DNA of 64,000 bases. It comes from an uncultured virus (IMG/VR IMGVR_UViG_3300044991_001638). Its lineage: Duplodnaviria; Heunggongvirae; Uroviricota; Caudoviricetes. Position numbers and translations under genes: made by a program. The notes beneath the pieces were generated by a model. It had not been told where the DNA came from and did no database searches. It worked only from the letters and a program-made list of their open reading frames with translations. This document shows positions 59,926-64,000 of this stretch, piece by piece. Numbering within the stretch: the stretch's first letter is position 1; each line of letters starts with the position of its first letter. Location of the stretch: IMG/VR virus record IMGVR_UViG_3300044991_001638; one strand, 5' to 3'.

Positions 59926-61764
59926 ATGGCAAATAATAAAATATCATACGCAACAAGAGATTATCAGTCAATTAGGACAGAACTTTTAAATTATACTAAA
60001 ACTTACTATCCTGACTTAATTCAAGATTTTAATGACGCTTCAATATTTTCCGTATTTATTGATTTAAATGCGGCAATTGCCGACAACTTACATTATAATA
60101 TTGACCGAAGTATTCAGGAAACAGTATTACAATATGCACAACAAAGGTCATCAATATATAATATCGCTAGAACTTACGGATTAAAATTACCAGGTCAAAG
60201 ACCTTCAGTTTCTTTGGTTGATTTTTCAGTTACAGTTCCTGCTTTTGGTGATAAAGAAGATGAAAGATATCTTGGAATATTAACAAGAGGGTCACAAGTT
60301 GTTGGGGCCGGAATTGTATTTGAAAATGTTAATGATATTGATTTTGCTTCACCATATAATTCCCAAGGGTTTCCAAATAGATTAAAAATTCCAAACTTTA
60401 ATTCTAATAATATTTTAGTTAATTATACTATTACAAAAAGAGAAGTTGTTGTTAATGGTATAACAAAAGTATTTAAAAGAGTTATTGGTGCAAATGATGT
60501 TAAACCTTTCTTTGAATTATTTTTACCAGAAAAGAACGTATTAGGTATTACAAGTGTCATATTAAAAAATGGTACACAATATACAAATACACCGACAACT
60601 GCAGAGTTTTTAGGTTTAGATAATAAATGGTATGAGGTAGATGCTTTGGCGGAAGACCGAGTTTTTATTGAAGACTTAACAAAAGTTTCCGACCAGCCTG
60701 GAATTAAAGTTGGAAAATACATTCAAACACAAAATAGATTTATTACGGAATTTACTCCTGAAGGATTTAAAAAAATGACATTTGGTGGAGGAACAAACAC
60801 TGCTCAAGACCAATTAAACCAATTTACAACTTTAGGTACCACATTAGAACTTCAAAAATACTCAAATAATTTTTCATTAGGTTCGGCATTATCTCCAAAT
60901 TCAACATTGTTTATTCAATATAGAGTTGGTGGTGGATTAGCAACAAATTTAGGTTCAAATGTAATTAATCAATTAGGTACCATATCTTTTTATGTTAATG
61001 GGCCTTCTGAAACAACAAACTCTACTGTAGTTAATTCATTAAGATGTGTAAATGTCACGGCAGCTGTTGGTGGAGCGGGAATTCCCTCGTTAGAAGAAAT
61101 TAGAAATTACGTTTCATTTAATTTTTCAGCACAAAAAAGGGCGGTAACAGTACAAGATTATGAATCAATTATTAGAAACATGCCATCCCAATTTGGTGCA
61201 CCTGCCAAAGTTTCTATTACCGAAAATAATAATAAAATTTTAATTCAAATACTATCTTTTGATACTTCAGGTAAATTAACAAACATTGTTTCAAATACTT
61301 TAAGACAAAACATTGCAAATTATTTATCAAATTACCGAATGATGAATGATTATATTTCTATATTCAGTGCTGAGGTTATTGATTTGAGTGTTGATGTTGC
61401 AATTGTCTTAGATTCCGCTCAAAACTCAGGACAAGTCATTTCAAGTGTTATTGATAAAGTATCAACATATTTTAACCCTCAAACAAGACAATTAGGTCAA
61501 AATGTCTATTTATCAGAACTTAGAAGTATTATTCAAAACACAAATGGGGTATTAACCGTGACAACCTTAGATATATTTAATGAAGTTGGAGGTCAGTATT
61601 CATCCGCAGAAACATCTATGGAGTATTCAGACCCGGCAGTAAAACTTATTGGGCCTGTTGATGATACTATATTTGCGCAACCGTCACAAGTTTATCAAAT
61701 TAGGTACCCTGGTAAAGATATTAAAGTTTCAGTTAAGAACTTCCAATCGATTACTTTCTCTTAA
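59926..61764 (+). CDS. Baseplate wedge protein gp6 / J-like
   Basis: RDYQSIRTEL, YRVGGG and AQKRAVTVQDY. Confidence 0.88.
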   Translation: MANNKISYATRDYQSIRTELLNYTKTYYPDLIQDFNDASIFSVFIDLNAAIADNLHYNIDRSIQETVLQYAQQRSSIYNIARTYGLKLPGQRPSVSLVDFSVTVPAFGDKEDERYLGILTRGSQVVGAGIVFENVNDIDFASPYNSQGFPNRLKIPNFNSNNILVNYTITKREVVVNGITKVFKRVIGANDVKPFFELFLPEKNVLGITSVILKNGTQYTNTPTTAEFLGLDNKWYEVDALAEDRVFIEDLTKVSDQPGIKVGKYIQTQNRFITEFTPEGFKKMTFGGGTNTAQDQLNQFTTLGTTLELQKYSNNFSLGSALSPNSTLFIQYRVGGGLATNLGSNVINQLGTISFYVNGPSETTNSTVVNSLRCVNVTAAVGGAGIPSLEEIRNYVSFNFSAQKRAVTVQDYESIIRNMPSQFGAPAKVSITENNNKILIQILSFDTSGKLTNIVSNTLRQNIANYLSNYRMMNDYISIFSAEVIDLSVDVAIVLDSAQNSGQVISSVIDKVSTYFNPQTRQLGQNVYLSELRSIIQNTNGVLTVTTLDIFNEVGGQYSSAETSMEYSDPAVKLIGPVDDTIFAQPSQVYQIRYPGKDIKVSVKNFQSITFS

Positions 61765-61856
61765 CAAGTTCACTTATTTTTTCTTTAGATTATTATTTAA
61801 TTGTGTGTGTTCATTTTAAAAATCCCACATAAACTATTTATTAATTAAAGGTATTA

Positions 61857-64000
61857 ATGGGTCAATCATATAGAATAAGGACTGAGTTAGGTATTAACAA
61901 AACAATCAACGTACAATTAGACCAAGAGTTTGAACAATTAGAGATTTTATCTTTAACATTACAACAAGAAGATGTTTATAATAGAAGTTGCGCTGATTAT
62001 GGAGTTATTGTTGGAAGAGTAACGGCAAACAATGGGTTTGGATTACCAAACGCTAGAGTATCAATCTTTATTCCTATTAGTAATATTGATGTATCAAACC
62101 CAATAATTTCCAGTATCTATCCGTATAAATCACCTAACGATGTAAATGAAGATGGATATAGGTATAATTTATTACCTTACATGAAATCTTATTCCGCTCA
62201 TGCGGCAACAGGAACTCTTCCATCAAGAATGGATGTGTTAACAGAAACAACCACAATTGAAATTTATGACAAATATTATCTTCTAACATCCAAAACAAAT
62301 GAAAGTGGTGATTACATGATAATGGGTGTACCAATAGGGTTTCAAACTGTAGTTATGGATGTTGATTTATCTGACATTGGAGAGTTTTCATTAACACCAC
62401 AAGATTTAATTAGAATGGGTCTTGCAACTGAAGGACAAGTTGCGGGTAATAGATTCAAAACGTCGACAGATTTAAATTCATTACCACAAATTATAAATTC
62501 TGTTAAACAGTTAGACATTTCACCACTTTGGGGTGAACCTGATATTTGTGACATAGCCATTAATCGTTTAGATTTTGATTTAAGAGATGATTCAAATGTT
62601 GACATACAACCCACTGCGGTTTTTATGGGGTCAATATACACAACTCCAGATAAATTTAGAGTTAGAAAAAAAGGAAGACCAAAAGATAATATGGGAAATC
62701 TTTGTAGTTTACAGTCAGGACCTGGACAAATATTGGTAATTAGACAAACTATTCAACAAGATGATACAGGTAAACCAATATTAGAAGAATTTAAATTAGA
62801 ACAATCAGGAAATATTATTGACGGTGATGGGGTTTGGTTAACTGAATTACCGATGAATTTAAATTATATTATAACTAATGAATTTGGTGAGAGAGTTATC
62901 TCAAATGACCCAACATTGGGAATACCAACTAAATCAAAATATAGATTTAAAATTAAGTGGCAACAACCTCCATCATTAACTGATGTAAAACGACCATATT
63001 TCTTAGTTCCAAATATTAAAGAGTATGGTTGGACACAGACCGGAACTGACCCAAATTTGGCGCCCGACTATTTAGATAATGAAGAATTAGCGGGTTCTTA
63101 TTATTTTGGATTAGATTGGACGGGATATACAAATACACAAGCGGCAATAAATTGTGAAGATACTTTTTATGAATTTGAATTTAATAGAGTTTATACGGTT
63201 TCAGGATTTATTGACCAATTTAAAAATGGTTTTAGAGGTAGATTTATTGGCATTAAAGAAATTGATAGTCAAGATTGTGATAGCATCAATAAATTTCCGG
63301 TAAATGAGGGGTTTAGAAATTTTGATTTAATATATTTTTTATTTTCAGTTCTTATGACAATATTACAACCAATTGGACTGATACTTCTATTCGTAGGTAC
63401 TCTAATACAGTTTGGGGAAAATTTTATTTATTTTATTTTATGCGAATTTTCTAAAATTGAGATTAATTTTTTTAGACCATTCAAGAATTATAGTAAATAT
63501 TGTATAAGAAAAGATAGACCAGTCAGACTACCAATGATTACCTATCCGGACTGTGAGGCTTGTGAATGTGATATTCTAGTTCCAGGAACGACTACTACGA
63601 CCTCAACAACTCCACCAGACGCTAATTTTTTAACTCAGGTATCTGAACCATCACTATATTATGATTTACTTGAACAATATTTTGCTTCCGTTTTGGGTGA
63701 TGGTGCCCCATCCGGTCCTGACATTGGTGTACTTGCTCCGGGCGAATGGGGGGCGTATAATTATCAAGAACAATTTACTCTAAATTTTGCTGATGCTCTT
63801 GCAACAAACCCTGTAAATGTTCCTAGTCAATTTAATTATAAAATAGCGGTTAGTGATACAAGACAAATATTAGATGACCTTACGCCAGGAATAATTACAG
63901 GTCCATCTGTATTTGTTGATGGACCATGGGGATATAGCTTTCAAAGCACAATACCGTTAGGTATTAGAATTAATATTTTTAACACGAATAACAAGTATTA
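61857..64000 (+). CDS. Large putative structural protein, 3'-truncated by the window (over 700 aa)
   Basis: Absent from the ORF track, consistent with no in-window stop. Starts MGQSYRIRTELG, has VIVGRVTANNGFGLPNARVSIFIP and KTNESGDYMIMGVP (carboxypeptidase-regulatory-like beta sandwich). TATTTAT at 61835. Confidence 0.7.
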   Translation, partial: MGQSYRIRTELGINKTINVQLDQEFEQLEILSLTLQQEDVYNRSCADYGVIVGRVTANNGFGLPNARVSIFIPISNIDVSNPIISSIYPYKSPNDVNEDGYRYNLLPYMKSYSAHAATGTLPSRMDVLTETTTIEIYDKYYLLTSKTNESGDYMIMGVPIGFQTVVMDVDLSDIGEFSLTPQDLIRMGLATEGQVAGNRFKTSTDLNSLPQIINSVKQLDISPLWGEPDICDIAINRLDFDLRDDSNVDIQPTAVFMGSIYTTPDKFRVRKKGRPKDNMGNLCSLQSGPGQILVIRQTIQQDDTGKPILEEFKLEQSGNIIDGDGVWLTELPMNLNYIITNEFGERVISNDPTLGIPTKSKYRFKIKWQQPPSLTDVKRPYFLVPNIKEYGWTQTGTDPNLAPDYLDNEELAGSYYFGLDWTGYTNTQAAINCEDTFYEFEFNRVYTVSGFIDQFKNGFRGRFIGIKEIDSQDCDSINKFPVNEGFRNFDLIYFLFSVLMTILQPIGLILLFVGTLIQFGENFIYFILCEFSKIEINFFRPFKNYSKYCIRKDRPVRLPMITYPDCEACECDILVPGTTTTTSTTPPDANFLTQVSEPSLYYDLLEQYFASVLGDGAPSGPDIGVLAPGEWGAYNYQEQFTLNFADALATNPVNVPSQFNYKIAVSDTRQILDDLTPGIITGPSVFVDGPWGYSFQSTIPLGIRINIFNTNNKY

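Noticed and set aside
973..62641. Many 60-140 aa ORFs nested in or antisense to long genes
   Set aside because: No motifs, and they are fully overlapped by well-supported genes. Treated as spurious.
1..64000. Stop-codon reassignment as seen in some large phages
   Set aside because: Long genes are intact and tightly packed under the standard code, with no fragmentation.
1..64000. Eukaryotic giant virus or cellular origin, suggested by the eukaryote-like RNR, GT60 and SNF2
   Set aside because: Sheath, tube, baseplate, gp32/UvsX/gp41-like genes, overlapping operons and intrinsic terminators indicate a tailed bacteriophage.

Overview
AT-rich (about 30% GC by eye), densely coding segment of a large T4-like contractile-tailed phage genome. 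It uses the standard genetic code, and I saw no tRNA, rRNA, CRISPR or transposase. Replication and nucleotide genes: family B DNA polymerase, SNF2 helicase, gp32-like SSB, UvsX/RecA, 5'-3' exonuclease, DnaB/gp41 helicase, class Ia NrdAB, dUTPase and a partial NadE. These are interleaved with virion genes: neck, tail terminator, sheath, tube, chaperone, tape measure, very large baseplate proteins, gp25 and gp6. SD-less A-rich leaders, TTTG-N19/20-TAnnTTT promoters, a DUF285 module and a eukaryote-like RNR weakly suggest a Bacteroidota host (inference). The main find is a 12 kb island (7247-19584). Four late genes encoding mucin-like Thr/Pro-repeat proteins with different tip domains are followed directly by a four-gene glycosyltransferase operon led by a GT60-type polypeptide GlcNAc transferase. 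This is a candidate phage mucin-type O-glycosylation system. Other signals: a Mn-type SOD fused to a PD-(D/E)xK-like domain, recurrent (I/L)xE prohead-protease-like sites on enzymes, a TATTTAT late-promoter motif, a candidate +1/-2 tail-chaperone frameshift, an OmpA-like domain inside a baseplate protein, and deletion scars in the repeat array. All family calls come from motif recognition by eye; no searches were run.
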